Assembly (NCBI GenBank): GCA_028534125.1
Contig: CM052817.1
Coordinates: 62,250,001-62,314,000 of the forward strand
Direction of reading: 5' to 3'
Length of the DNA: 64,000 nt
DNA from: Lama glama
Taxonomy: Eukaryota
The notes beneath the pieces were generated by a model. That model was not told where the DNA came from. It worked only from the letters and a program-made list of their open reading frames with translations, and searched no databases. Position numbers and translations under genes: made by a program. Below, in pieces: positions 11,862-26,896 of this stretch; the first letter of the stretch is position 1; every line of letters begins with the position of its first letter.

Positions 11862-14829
11862 TTACATCCATTGATACTTTTATTTAAATGAACAAAGATA
11901 AAGTTAATTGGGGGGGGGAGGCTGTTACTAAATGAAAATATAAAAAATTTGATTCCACATAGAGGGATAAAATACTTTCTTGCTTATTTTAAATATTGTA
12001 TTAAATGCAGATTAATATATATTTATATGATATATCAGTAGATTAATTATTGCTGTATGTTTCCACATCACTTGGCATTTCTGAACTAAGATTTTAAAAG
12101 ATGCAAATAAAACATGCAAGTTAAAAAAACAGGAAATTGTTTCCTATGTTCTCTATCTTACGTGTCATATTTTCATGGATGATATGGGTTTTCATAAGAA
12201 AATATGTAGTACTCTGTTAAGAACAACAAAGTAATAGTAATGCCCCACAAAGTTTTGTGATTACAAGTCTAAATGCTAATGAGAGAGGTTGCCTGTTTAA
12301 TGCTGAATTGCAAGGTTAAAAAGAGGGTCTTAAAGATAACAGTGGATTCCACAGTCCTTGAGTTTGCTTTGCATTCAGTGACAGTCACTAAATTAGGGAA
12401 AGGAATGTTCAAACAACACACTTGAGGAAAAGTGATTTTTATAGAAAGGGGCCGTTTCTGCTAATAGCCAGTAACTGCACGTAACCCTGCTGACATTAAA
12501 AGTCCATTAGCTAAGCCCAGTTTAAATAGCAGCTGATGCAGTGTCAGCTAAATGTACATTGGAATTTTTTCATATAATGCAGTAATAGCAGCTCTGTAAT
12601 TTTTTTCTAAAACTACATACATTAAGTAAAACAAATGTCATCTGATAGTAGTGGCAGGACTACTAATAAGGAGGCAGAGATTTGTGATGAAACAAAAGTA
12701 ACAGTCTATATAACAAGAAGATAATAGATGGTAGTGATGGTTTTAAAAGGGAGCCTTTGAGAAAAATCATATGGAGAAGCTTAAGCTGACAACCAGAAAG
12801 AGCTGTTTCCATAGAAGCACATATTAACGAGCACGACTTTGAGATATTCAAAGTGAAGTGATTTTCTGCTATTAGCCTCAGTGTTTAGTATTTCACTGTA
12901 TTTTGAAACAACAGAAAGCCCCTTCCTTAGACACTGTTCCATGTGTAAATGGCAGCGGGGTGGTGGTGGGGAGTAAAAGGTGACTGAAGAAACAAAGTGA
13001 GTGAAAAAGTGAAAACAGAGATATAACTTCATATGTGTTTATATTTTAAGGTGATTACTATGGTAATATTTTTTAAAATAATGTGTATTATTAGTGCTGC
13101 CTACAGTGAAATCAGAGGTTGAAATGTCTGTATTATTCCCCCCTCCTGTTTTTCCATCTTTTGATTATTTCCCAATCTCCATTGTAATCATCTGAAAGAC
13201 AGGAAGTTTTACTGCAAATTTATAGTAGAATCCAAAAATCTTTAATAAGTCATCTTAAAGAATTCTCTAAGAGAGTGTTCTGTGACTGTGAGGCCATTAT
13301 GGAGACAGTGAGGGTTGCTCAGTAATCTAATGTGTGAGTTGAGAACAGGCAGTAATTAATCAGTGGCTGTCATGCTCACACTACTCTAACGTGTTACGAG
13401 AACCTCCATGCCGACCACCCCTCCCCATTATCAGACCATTAGTAAAACCCTGTACAGGCAACAGTGGGGAGCCCTGCTTAAGCTTATGACCCTAATCACT
13501 TGGGTATAAGCTTGGTGCATATTTTCACAATTTCACTCGAATTTCACTCAAATTCTCATCACACTTTCTAGAACTCAGAATTATTCATCATTCTAACCTG
13601 AGAATTCATTTATAAGTCTAACCTGAGACATTACATCTTTTATTTTTATTTTAAAATTAAGTCAGTTTGCTTTATATGATTTAAAAAATACCTCATATAA
13701 TCTTGCATTCCTTGAAAAAAGGAAAAAAAGAAAGAAAACAAAGAAAAGAAAAAGAAGAAAAGGACTGCTATTTAATCATAATGGGGTGGCGGAGATCTCC
13801 CTTTTATGCTCGCAGATTTTCATACCAGCATTTTGTAATAAAATCAGGAAGGTCTCTTTGGTGTTGGTAACTGTTTTAATTCAGTTCAGGCCACTGTAAA
13901 GGCTCATTCTGAATGAACTGTAAGCTTCCATGGACAGAGTTTATGCAATTAAATTCCTGACCAAAATCCCATTTACTAACATATTGCATGAGGGACTTGA
14001 TGAATAATCTCATCTTTAGTATGTAACTCAAACATTAGTAACAGATGTAAATATGCCTCAGTGCAACCAGTGGACTTTGATTTTTAATTCTAAACTTACT
14101 TTAGTTTTTCAGACTAAGACATCTATTAAAAGTGACTCTTTTCTGTATGTTTTTCCTTTTCTATTGCATAAATTTATTGCAAGATGAAAAGAGAATGTCA
14201 TAGTATTTAGACAATACATTTGTACACATCTATGAACTAGTGTTATGAAATTGACTTATGTTGAAAATAACAAGATGATGCTAGACTGATTGAAATAGGA
14301 CAGTTATTACATTAGAGTTTGGAACAGTTTTTAGAAAGAAATTACCCTGCAATGTTAATATACTGTTACTTTCTTGGAAGTTTTATAATGTATCTGTTCT
14401 TTGCATGAAGAATTACATTTTTAAAAAATTTGAGTGATCACAATGTATTGTATGGTTTGGTGCTAAATTGAATTTGTTTATTCATTTATGCTTAGAAAAC
14501 TTTTCTTAAAATAATCTTTAATCGTGTCTATACTTTAGTGTGACTATCATGACTGTTTAGAATAGTAAAGGATTTAGCTCACTTCTTTTTTCTTTTTTGC
14601 TCTTTAATATTTATTTGACTGCTAGGGAACTGAAAACATATTAGATATATGCATGTGTTTGTAGGTCTGATAATTTCCTGGTATAGAAAATCAATCAAAA
14701 TTCATTGAAAAAAATTAATACTTATCATCAAGTATTTCTGGACAACTATGCTAGGGAAATATTAATGCAGCCTTCATGTAAATAAGTCTCTTGATAAAAA
14801 ATAAGCTGTGCTAAATTCTAAGCTTGAAA

Positions 14830-15015
14830 ATTGCATACAAGTTTGAAATCTCAGCTTCACATTTATAAGTAGAATGTCAGAATTGTGATGGTATTTACAT
14901 CACAGAATGGTGAAGATTAACAGGGTTATCAAAAGTGAAGAATTGAGAACAGTACCTGGCCCCAGATAAGTGCTTAGTGCACACTAGCAATTGTTGCTGT
15001 TGCTGTTGTATTTTT
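14830..15015 (+). mobile_element. MIR SINE
   Basis: GTTTGAAATCTCAGCTTCAC...GTGAAGATTAA...GAACAGTACCTGGC...TAAGTGCTTAG. Confidence 0.6.
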
Positions 15016-18000
15016 ATTATGTAAGTCTGTACCATATACAACTTTCGTTTGGCGCTGCTATGAAAACAATTGACTATATCACAAGAATGAGAGGATTGCA
15101 CTCAACTGGGGGTACCACCAGGTGGAAAAATATCGTATGAATCCACAAAAGCATAGTCAAAGGTGAAACCCTTAAAAAGAAATTTGTAGATTTTAAAATC
15201 ACATTTAAGAATACCCAGTTAAGTTACGAGATTTCAATTGTGCTTTAAAACACTTTGGAAACTCAACACATGAGTGCTTTGGTTTTATGGACAAGTTTTA
15301 CATGATTTCTTTCTTTTTTTTTTTTTCCTACGCCAGATTCTGAATGTAGAATATATTCCATTAAAACCATTATCTAATAAATGTTAATGAAATAATCAGT
15401 TTATACTTTAATCCACTATACATTGGCCATACTTGTAAAAAAAAAACATGTAAGTAAAAAGGCAGGAAAAAACAATGAGCAAATTCTTAACTTTTTGCTA
15501 ACCTCCTTTCTAGAGGAATAGAAACAGCTTTCTTTACTTATATCAAAAACTTTAACATAGCAAAACATTTACTGAGCCTACAGTAGAAGCAAAATTTATT
15601 AAACTGAAACTTCCAAACAAAGCCAAATTTCGTGTATGTGCAAGGGGCATATTATGGGCAAAAAGAGAAATTAGATACCAAGCTGTTAAATATATATGTT
15701 GTGATAGACACTAGCATTTAATAAAATATTCTTCTGATGGATTAGTTCATGAACAAACTGTAGTGGAATTCTTACAGTTTCTTGTAGGTATGCATGTGTT
15801 AACTATGATACATAAGAAGAGAAAGGGAAAAAATATGCAGATCATAGTTATGCTTGAAAAAACTTTTCTAGTGTGTGTTTATAAAATGAAAGTGTACTGT
15901 TGCCTAAGTAACAACTTTATTTTGAAAAAATGGGCATAGAACACTTTTAGCTACAAACAAAAACTGTATTTTTAGTTCACTATGACATTAAATAATCTCA
16001 TTTGTTCTTTTTAAAATATTCTTTAAAATGCTTCATTGTAAAATTAAAATAAGATACAACATAAAAATCTTTTTTCTCAGAATGTGTCAACGTGGTAGGA
16101 AGAACATAATCCAAAACGTTTATAAATGAAAGTAATGCAGTTGTGGACCTTTAGCAAACAGAATGTAGTAGATGCATTAACTAAATAAATAAACAAGGAT
16201 AACTCCTTCACCACACTAACATGATATCCACACAGGAAACACTTTTAAAAGCCCATTGAACACTAATTCTTTTGCCATTCTCTTTGTTCAGAAAGCAGAG
16301 TTTCTCTTAATTTTTAACTCCAGCTCTCCTCTACCACATCCCCTTCACTTCCCCAAGTCCAGCACTGTGGGAAACATTCCACTTTTTAAAGAGAAAATTA
16401 ATAAGAACTCTAGAATCAACAATGTGGTTTAGTTTCTACATAATTATAAAATCTTCTTATCATTATAGACTCTTACTCCACTTAAAGAATCCAACAGAAG
16501 CAACCTAGAATGTTTTAATGATTGATTAAACTGTTTATTTGGGGTATTCTGTTGTATATAGCATTTGGTTTTCTTTGAAGATTTCTAGGGGGAAAATCCA
16601 CAACGATTAAAAAGATGAGACTGTATTTATAACCACCTCTTCTAAGCTGTACCTGTTTTTTTGTTTGTTTATTTTTTTAAATAAAGGCAAGCTTCTCAAA
16701 ACTTTAATTTTCTGAACATTAGGAAATGTTCTTAGGAAGTTCTGTTGTGTGATTACTGAGGTTTTGGAGTTTTTTAAATTGATATGAACAATATTTACTT
16801 TGTGCCAGAATGTATGTTTATTTGTTATTATTTTATTGAGGGAGGAGGGGAGCAATTTAGAAAGTCAAGTTGTTAAAACAAACGAAAAATTAGATTATTT
16901 TGTAGAGGCTCATACATTTAGATATTTGCAACCACTTAAATATATGCAGCCCTCTCTTTCATAATGTTATATTAGCAAAGATAACATATTACCCAGACAC
17001 GTTTTGAGTGTGTCCGTTTTTCCCAACTGGATCACTGAAGAAGGTTCTTCCTGCTTCCTGTCCTGCCTCACTCTCTTCTGTCCTCTACACAGAAGCCAGG
17101 CAAATCCTAGCAAATGTCACCAGTACAGCTGTTTTTCTTAAAACCCTTTGATGGCTTTCCATTGCCTCAAAACTTGAATCTAAACCTCTTAACATGGCTG
17201 ACAGAGATATTTGTCCTTATGTGTCTAATTCTATTCGTGGAACTCCTCCGTAGTTGTAGTCTCCTCAGACCATGCACCTTTCCCAAATCTGGCACAGGTG
17301 ATTCCAGGGTAGCCCTTGAAGGGGACATCCTTCAGGTGTTTTTTAGAAAGCTGACAGTGAGTGAGTATGGCGGCTTACATGCTTTCTTATGCTATGAACA
17401 AGTGTTGTATCCCTTTCTGCTGGCTCACTTCTGTTCCATCTTGATGTCTTAGTTTAGATCTTCATTTCTTCGTAAAGCACCTTGCACACCCGACTGTAAC
17501 ACTCTGTCCTTTTACCTGCCTTCACGGCTAGCATGTCGTCATGAGGAGGATGGGAAGCACTTCCATTGTGGTATGTCTAGCATATGACGTGGGGCTTGAC
17601 ACACACAGTTGGCATGCGATACAGATCTTTTGAGTGATGTTGGATGAATACATATTTTGTTCATGCATAAATAACACATCTTAGAGGGGCTTTGGGGACT
17701 ACTTGTTGTGGTGGAGTTAGCAAGAACTTGCCACATTTCCTTCGTCACCCACTTGGAAAGCTACTGGACAAAGTGAGCAGAATATGAAGTTGCAGGTGGA
17801 AAGGACAGTCTCAGGAGGGAAAGTTCACCATCTCTTAGATTCCACCCCAAAGCCCAGTCTCCTTACCCTTCTTTCAGAAATTGATTCCTAATTTCAGATC
17901 ATCTGCCCTAGAATTTGGGGCCATTACATAATGAAGAACTTGAATTCTCATATAGGTGCAGGAAATGAACCTTGGACAATTGATTGGGAAGCAGTGTGAG

Positions 18001-18274
18001 CACACTAAACTCTTAACTGATGTGGCCAAGTTGTCTAAAGGCAGAATGGGAGTTTAAGAGATCTACAAGTCAAAATAGCACCCTAGCACCTCTCAGAGAA
18101 GCTTTCTGATTCTTCAATTGTAGAATTCTATCATATGGAATATTGTTAAAATAGATTTTCTCCCAAGTGATGAAACCGTTTTGTATTTGGATTATTGTTG
18201 TATCGAAAATTGTCCCATAGAGTATCTTCTCTTACCTCTCTCCAGTATAAAGCAAGCAAGTCTCTTGCAGAGTA

Positions 18275-18643
18275 TGCGTCTTAGTCTGTTCAGGCTGCTA
18301 TAACAAATAACACAGACGGGGTGGTTTATAAAGAACAGAAATTTACCTCTCACAGTTTTCTGGAGGGTGGGAATCCAAGATCAAGACAGGAGCATGGCTA
18401 TGTGGATAAGGATCCTCTCCCTGGCTTGCAAATGGCCACCTTTTCTCTCTGTGTCCTCTCATGGTAGAAGGGGCAAGGGGTCTCTGTAGGGTCTGTTTTA
18501 TAAGAACAGTAATCCCATTCATGAAGACTCCACCCTCATGACCTAAGTATCTCCCAAAGTCCTCACCTCCTGTTACCATCATCTTTGGGGATTAGGACTC
18601 AACATGTGAATTTGGGGAAGACAGAAACCTTTGAACTGTGGCA
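18275..18643 (-). mobile_element. MLT1A-like MaLR solo LTR
   Basis: About 370 bp, TG...CA ends. Hallmarks TCTTAGTCTGTTCAGGCTGCTATAACAAA, TAATCCCATTCATGAAGACTCCACCCTCATGACCTAA and CAACATGTGAATTTGGGG. Confidence 0.88.
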
Positions 18644-21600
18644 GTAAGGCAGTATGAGTATGAGGTGGGACGGCAGGGGGAGGGGGGCCGTGTGGTGCTG
18701 CGTGGCCCAGAGTCAAGAAAAATAAATCTGTTTTGGAGCACATATTATACCAGTTGTTTTCCTGTAATTGACTATTGTTTGAAAGTTCTTTGCTAGGACC
18801 ACAGCCTGTTATCTTTGGGCAGGATATTTTGTTTTTCAGACTAGGAGATAGTATAGTGAAATGTATCATTATAAAGCATTATTGAATCAGATATTCTCCT
18901 AGGCACTTTAAAGGTGACCAAAATATGTTATGGATTATGCTACACTGCCAGCAAAGAGGAAATTATAACAAGTAACTACTTCTTTTTTTGTTAAGACTTC
19001 AGTAAACACAGACCCAACTTGCCCTGAATAATTACCACAAAGAGCTATGCAGTGGTCTTTAACTGGTAGTTGTTTGTAATCAAGCAGCCTGAATCTTGCC
19101 TTGACATAAAGCAGAGGAAGTGGTTAGAAGACAGACCTGTAATTATCAGCAGCAGGTGCCCATAATGGAATGCCAGCGAGATGTTTAAAGAGGCAAATAT
19201 TACTTTAGAAAAGCTTTCAAGACTGTCAATTTAGACCAAAAGACATCTAAATAAAAACTGGCTTAAGAGCAGTATTAAAAGAATACTTCCATGGGAACAA
19301 AAGAAAATGTGATACATTCCTTTTATGCAGATTAACATCTTCCTTATGCCTAAGTATTATCAAGATACGAAGTCTAAAATAAGACTGGACTCCATATTCA
19401 GAAAAGGGGTGCTTTAACAAGTTTAGACATTTTTTGGTTATTAAAAGATTTGTTGTTTATTTTAATAAGTATCACAATAATAAATTGAATGGAAAGTTAC
19501 TTTTCTAAAATGAATTTTCATGGCTACAAAGGACACTGGATCATTACTTCCATAATCATATATGACCAAAAATTTTTATTTCAATTACATAAGTTAACAG
19601 TCTTCTTCATTGTAACTTTTAAGTTGAAAAATTAAAACAAAAGATACTTTGTATTAACTGGGAACCAAAACTTTAATATACTTTTACTAGTTTACTATAT
19701 ATAACGTTATTAGACATTTCTCAATTGTACAAAATTTCACCCTTCAGTGATAAAATTTTTCAATTCTCACCTTTTTCTTAAAGAAAAAATATTATCATCC
19801 TTTCTGAGTGATCTTAGAAGGAATAATGATCCATATGATAAAACATACACAATAAAAACTTGCAATAAAGTTATAAAAGAAATTTTAAATGTTAGATTAA
19901 TAATGCTGGTTCCCCTTTAAGAGATCCATTTAGTGAAGTTGTTTTGATAGTGAACTATTATTTCAGTATTTCTCTTTCATCTTAAACTATAGACCAAAGG
20001 CTGCAGTTTGTATTAACTTACAGGAAGTTCTATTATATGAGGCATGGACAGACTAAAGAAAGCCAACAAAACATAATTGCCTGGGTAGTTTTTTACATTT
20101 TTAAATGGAGCATTTTTCTTTCTTTTCAAAGTAAGCATATATTTTGGCTGTTTTTATGTTATGAGAGTGAATGATCCTCATGGAACTGAACACCTAATGG
20201 AGAGAGGAGTCATGATATATCTGTGAGATCCCATTCATTCTCAGAAGTGCTTAGTGTGTATTTTGGGGAATATCTCTTTTCCTGCCTAATGCTAACCATA
20301 TATTTATCACTATGAAAACAAGTGGAGAAGTCAGTCATTTCACTGCTCTTTTGCCAGAAATGCCTTCAGCTCCCACAGTAGCTGTATGTCAAGATCTTGC
20401 CATACTTAAAAGGAAGACATAAGATTTATTCTGGAAATTTACCAGGACAGACCAGCCCTCAAAAATGTGAAGGAAACAATCTCTGTAGCTAAATTAAAAT
20501 AAACTTAAGTCACACTTGACTCATTATGCTTAAGATAACTTCATCTAAAAATACATATGTAAGTTGTAGAGGGTCTCAGTCCTTGTTCAAAGTGGACACC
20601 AAATATGGAAGAGAGAATCAAGAATTACCCAAAAAAAGATGGATTAAAAAGAAAGAGGGAATAATATGTTCATGATTTGAAATTTATCTGCATATTTTGA
20701 CTTACTTGGAGTTATTTTTCTTCAGATTGTGAAGTAAATTAAACCAAGCCTGACATAGGGCTCATGGTGTATATAGATGTAACAGAGCATCTGAGTAATT
20801 GCCTGCATTCTCACTAATGGAATGTAAAATTTACATGGAGGAGATAGATGTGATTAGAGCTGGTGGATGTCAAAGTTAGGATATATTTCTAACTATTTTA
20901 ACATGTAGTGTATTCTCTCAAACTACGGTTCCATTTGACCTTTTTTATGGCGAAAAAGAATCCAGTACAGCTGAGAGCAGTTCAGTTGAGGAAGTATTAA
21001 TTGCTGTATCCCATAGAGAGAAATGAGATAGAATAATAAGTTTCTTAAAGAAACTGAAAAATCTTGTTTGGAAGACAAAATATTGAGATAAAATATATGC
21101 AACTACAAGGTGGCAAACTGACAGAAGAATGAATAAAATTATTTTGGAAGAGATAAAAGGAGAGATAAATGTGATTTGGTGCTAGAACTTTCTGCAGGGA
21201 TAAACTCTTAGCTAATTCTGAGAAAGGAATAAAGCAACCTATGTCATTCCCTTTTATAAGTACTGCTCCCACTTCACTTAGAGGCCACTGGAAATGTCTT
21301 GTTATAGCCATGCAAGATTCTGTTCTCTCTGCATCTCTTCCCATTTCCTTCCCTTCTCAATTTTGAGAGCAGTTCTTCCCTCGGGCTTTCTCCTAATAAC
21401 AGCTCTCGTCTTTCCGTTGAAGTGAGGAGTTACAGAGACCTGGTTTCTGATTTCTTGAGCTGCTCTTGCCTTTGCTCTCCCAGGGCTACGTTACATTTCC
21501 ACAGTGCAAAGTGAGTCTCCAATCCAAATTTAGCTGTTTTATTACATACTCTGTCGCTAAGCTACTTTAGACCAGACATTACCGCATCTCTCAGCAACAG

Positions 21601-23817
21601 AGTTTGAGTTTGTCAAGTTGTACAGGTTTGTTGTCCCCTTTAAAATACACTTTTACATGTTTTAAAACTTGTTTGGATTTTGAGTAATGGTCTCCTTGGT
21701 GCTGTGATGTTTATAAAATGATGTCAGTGCTTGAAAGGCAGAGGATTGCTATGGTAGATATTTGCCCTTCTCCTTAAAGGATATATGAAGGGGAGGAGGA
21801 CCTTTTGCATGGATCCCTGGGGTGGGAAAATGGAACTAAGTTAAGCATATGCAACCTGTAAAACTACTTCAGAGTCAACTGTAGAGCCTTCTATAATTAA
21901 CTAACATTCTTCCGGTAAATTTAAATTGAAAGGACCAGAGGGATCTCTGTGAACAATTCTGAAGCTTAGATTTTAAATTTAAAACATAAGAATGTTTTGC
22001 CTAACATCTTTCACAAATGTTTGAAAATATAGATAGACAGATAGATAATTGATCTATATTAATTTTAAATTTGGTAGTATAATAATTTTTAGAACCATAA
22101 TGTCCTTACTCCTTAGTTCCCCCTTTAGGAAGGGCTTTTTCACTTTTTCTTATAAATTTTGTCATTTGGAGAAACTAGGAGTATTGCTAGAGTAAAGAGT
22201 GTATGGTAAGTCAGCGAATATATCTGAAGCTCTGGTATTTTCCAGTTTTAGAAATGTGAAAACAAAAATGTGGGAAGAATGTGGGAGAAGAGCGTAAAGT
22301 GATTTTTCAGTACAGTGTTGCCGCCATGCATGTGGTAGGATCTTATTAGTTTCCCAAAGCATTGGATTAAATATATATATAATATAAAGAAACTTCATGT
22401 TTTAGATTAACAAGTAAAAACAACTTACATTCTCTCTAGTGAATTCTCTCATAACTCCTAACAAAAGCTATTCTTCTCATTTGACCCACTAATTATGTCT
22501 ATGAAGACAGACAATTCATTTTTCTTAAAATATATGAAAATTATAATCATAAAAGCAATTGTGAATGCTTTACTATGTTAAATGATAATCAACACAAAAA
22601 TATATATTGATATTGATAGCTCTATAGACTACGAGCTTCAGGATCTTGAAGAAAGATACGGAAGTAATAGCTACTCCAAAATTTCAAAAATCCTAAGGTT
22701 GCACAGCTTACCAAACAAGAATCCAGACTTCTTTTTTTTTTTAACATTATCAACTCATTCGGTTATTCAGCCTAGTAACACTGATGAGAAGCCCTAATTT
22801 GTAGTATATCTTTGTGACTACAAGTGAGTTAATCTATTATTTTTCAATAAATACAATTTATTAAGTAATTAGTAGAAAACAATGTCAAAGGCAGAAAAAA
22901 ATGAAAACTCCTAAGTAGTGTAAAATTTGGAAAATACTGATATGATATGTATATTAATGTGTGTTTATCTTTAGTTGTTAAAATATTTGGAATTGAAATT
23001 GACCACATTACTTGAATTGAGCCAAATTTGTCATTTGATTTTATTTATTCGAAATTATTTGTAGAGTTTTTATATTGAATTTTATATATTGTCACTTGAC
23101 TAGAAACTTTATCCTAAAAAGCTGTGCTACCATGTCTGTATTAAAGATATGTTTTGGTTCCTGTTATTGGTTTCTTAAGTGCTGCATTTTCTTTTAAAAA
23201 ACTAAAATTGAACTCTCAGCTACTTTTATTCAAGAGGCAAATAATTATTCTTTTGTGTCTTTATTGTTAGCCTCTAATGTTGGTGATACAATTATATGTT
23301 AGAATCATTTTCCAATTCACATGTTTGGGTTCAGAGACCCCAAGAGAGAACAAAATTGACTTATTGTGAGAATATTACTTTAATTTTGGAAAATGAGAGG
23401 CCCACTTAGGGCCCATATTTAACTTTTTTTAAAACTTAAATTATATAATTTTTGGAATATAGTTCTTTTGTTGTGATTATTTAAATAGCTTTAATTTTGA
23501 TTTTAAGATACAAATTTAAAACTTCATAGATATTGCAAGTAATGCATTTGTTCTAGTGTTCCATATTAGTTTAGTTATTTTAAACTGTATTTCTGACCAT
23601 TCTTCATTAAAAAGTTTTATTTTCACTATTGAATTAACCTTAAGATAAGTATATCTTGACTAAAATTTTTGTAGAACTATATTTATTTATATTTTGTAAC
23701 ATAAGCTATGTTTTTGAGCATTTTCTTAATTGGGTACAATTTTATCATTGAACCTGCATCTTTGTCTATCTGCAGCACGTTGAAGAGAAAACTGGATGCA
23801 TTACAATGACCCAGACG

Positions 23818-23949
23818 TACAGAGACCACATAATTATTGACTAAACTAGGTCATTTTTGTGGATGAATGGGAAAGCTATTAAGAATGATTTCTGGACAAC
23901 AAGCATAAACTGGGATTGTCCTGGGTTAACGGGATGAATAATCACCCTA
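23818..23949 (-). mobile_element. MER94-like hAT-Blackjack MITE
   Basis: Reverse strand reads TAGGGTGATTATTCATCCCG...GGACAATCCCAGTTTATGCTTGTTGTCC...ATAATTATGTGGTCTCTGTA, about 130 bp. Confidence 0.65.
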
Positions 23950-25294
23950 CCAGGAGACTGCAAGACCCTGCGGGACCTTCTAAATCACTAGGCTAAAAAG
24001 TTAGCTTATATTCTCAGTGGTTTTAAAATTAAGTGTACTTTATTCCACACTTTGGATGTTATTTCCCTTTCTTGATGTTGAGGAGAACAATTGATTAACC
24101 AGAACAGCTACTTCCCTGCCTGTGTTAAATGACAGGATGTGCTTTACCTGTGCGCCTTCACCCTTTCACATTAGCTGTTTGCATGTTTTATTAAATGTAT
24201 TGTAGGAAGCAACACAGCTTGCTTCTGGTAACAGATTTTTTTTTTAAGTATTAGAAATCAAGTTTATTTTAATAGACCTAGAATGTACTTCGCCAGGGTT
24301 GGTCTTCCTCTCTTTTCTCTCATTCTTGTTAGGTGTCATTCTACTACCTGAAATTGTCACCAAATGGCCGTATGCTTTGAGAAGCTTTGTCAACACATTC
24401 GTTTTGGGCAGCTCCATAGATACTCAACAGCAGAACACAAAACAGAGAAAACCTTGACAGTAACCTTCCATAAGTTAGTTCATTTGTCTTAGTGATTTCT
24501 ACTTCAGAGTGTATTGAAATTCAACTGAAAGGACCAAAATTGATTTTTGAACTGAAAAGAAGTCGTATTTCCAAACAAGTTATCTTTGACATAAGCAAGA
24601 TACATTTGCCATATATTATCTCTTTCTTTCTAGAAATAGCCTTAGCTCATTGATATGAGAATTACAGAAAGTTGTTTTTTAAAAAGGACTTATCTAGGAT
24701 GAAAACTGTTGTGTAACGTATTTGAGCTACATAGGTTTCTCATCTTTTCATCTTGTGGAATTTACAAAAGTCATTTAATTAAAATTCTGTAGAATGAAAC
24801 ACACATACCCACACAAATAATGATTAAATACCCAGTCATCGAGTTTCAAAAGGTAGTTCTGCAAAGTTGTAAGAGGATAAGTTTGGAATTTCACCCAAGA
24901 AAAATTATAGAACTGATCTAATTTACTTCCGTGCTTGAGGATTCACTGGTATTTTAGGAAGACGAATAAGTGTGGGGAAACAATTAGTTTTATTTACTCA
25001 ATTAGAACTAATGCATGAGGCCAGCAGCACAGGGGAGGGCATTCTCAAAATTGCTACTATTATGTGTATTATACTTCCTTTTGGCATTTGAACTTCCAAA
25101 TGTATTCCATCAAGTCTGTGTGCAGTGCTTCTTTTTTTGACAGCGGCATGCGGAGGCAGGGCTTTCTCTAATTCAGCCAGGCTTCAATGACCCACTAATT
25201 TGGCATCATTTTTTAAAACAGAACACATGAGAAGCTGAAACCCAGATGGGGAACTGACCTGCCTTGTGTTCAGAAACTTGACCTACCCAGAACA

Positions 25295-25415
25295 TATACT
25301 TTACAGATGAGGAAACAGACCCCCACAGAGCCCAGAGCTCACACAGGTGTGAGTGGAGAATGGGGATACAACCCGTGTCCCCTGGCTCCTGGTTCCAGCT
25401 GCTTTCTACCATGCA
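25295..25415 (-). mobile_element. MIR SINE fragment
   Basis: TTTACAGATGAGGAAACAGAC core. Confidence 0.6.
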
Positions 25416-25849
25416 GCACTCACTGCATCTTCACCTGCCCCTATGTAGATTTAAATTTCATGCCTATGAGTCTTATTCTTCCTTGGCAAACCCAGCAGTC
25501 ACAAGCCCCAGTATCTGCTGGGACCCGTGAGGTTACATGAGTAAGTGGACTGAGTGCAGGATGATGGCTGCTGCTGGTGAGTGTCTCAAACCAGAGAACA
25601 CAGGCACAGGTCCTGCCTGACAGGAGGATCCAGTCCTCCCTGCAGGAGTGTGGGCTTGCTAGGGTGACAGCTTCTAGTTTTTCCCAAAAAACCAGAAATC
25701 TCAATTTTTATCTGAAGTTTCTCAAGGAGGACAGGCCAAAGAAAACTTGCACGCAGGTGGACATTTGCCAGCAGCCTGCAGATTGCAACCTCCACTTCGG
25801 AGCATGTTTCTCATCTCCCTAACAGCAGCGATCATAATAGGCCCTGTTG

Positions 25850-26030
25850 TTTGAAACATACAAGGTACCTTGTGTGCATTATGTCTTGTAATCCTCTCAA
25901 CACCCTTGAGAAATATTGAAGATGAGGAAACCGAGGCTTTGCCAATTTAAAGTCATTTTCCCAGTGTCCAACAGATAAATGCAGGGCTCAGTTGAAACCT
26001 AGCCCTGTCTGATCCCACAGTTTTTAATCT
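25850..26030 (-). mobile_element. MIR SINE
   Basis: TAATCCTCTCAACACCCTTGAG...AGATGAGGAAACCGAGGCT. Confidence 0.65.
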
Positions 26031-26896
26031 TACTCTCACACCTGACAGCGTCCCTGATAGTTCAGCCATCACTGGTTGAACTAAAGCTACTGGAGAATCT
26101 ATAGAATTTTCCAAAGTCCATTTCAATGCAGCTTTTCAAACATGTATTGAATTATCACTATCTAAAAAGCATTTTGTACTCTGAAGATGAAGGGTAATAT
26201 TGCATAAAGCATGATATTTGGCCTGGTGAACAAGCTACATTTGTAAACGAATAATTACTTTAAGCATGGACTGTGATAATTTCTAGAATTTAAATCACGT
26301 CTCTGGTGTAATAAATTTCTAACTGGCTATTAAGTTGGGTCCTACCTGAGATGACACTTTTCTTCTCATTTTTCTTCTAAAATAAATCGATAAATTACTT
26401 GTGGACCTGTAATAGAGATGAAATTTGGGCTTTAAATAATCTTATTAGGTGATTGATACTTTTGCTATTTATTCTTAAAAGTAACATTGTTTCTCTTTGA
26501 TGTATCATGTATTGGGGATTGGAACTCTGCCTCTAAGTTTACATTTTATTTTGATTTTTTTATTGCACATCGTTTTAAATGCAATTCTAAAAATTATTTT
26601 GTTATTAGTTGTTTTGTTCTTTCAACTTTGAATACAGTACTGTCATTGTCAGTTTAGTGGAGCCAGTGGAATCATTCAAATTAATTTTAGTCTAATATTT
26701 TTATTATTATTTTCTCTCTCTGTAAGTATGGCCATGCATTCTTTCACAAGGTATATCCCTAATTAATTGCACAGCCACATTTCATTTCAATTACAATCAT
26801 AACTTTTCATCTGTCCTAATGTCTGTTTCTGCTACATGCAGAGATGATCAGTTATGTCAAAAGAGAGGTGATGGGAGATCCCTAAGGAATGGGCAC

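Noticed and set aside
11255..11887. Long ORFs spanning N runs (also 30123-30857 and 62568-63323)
   Set aside because: Artefacts of translating assembly gaps; N codons contain no stops.
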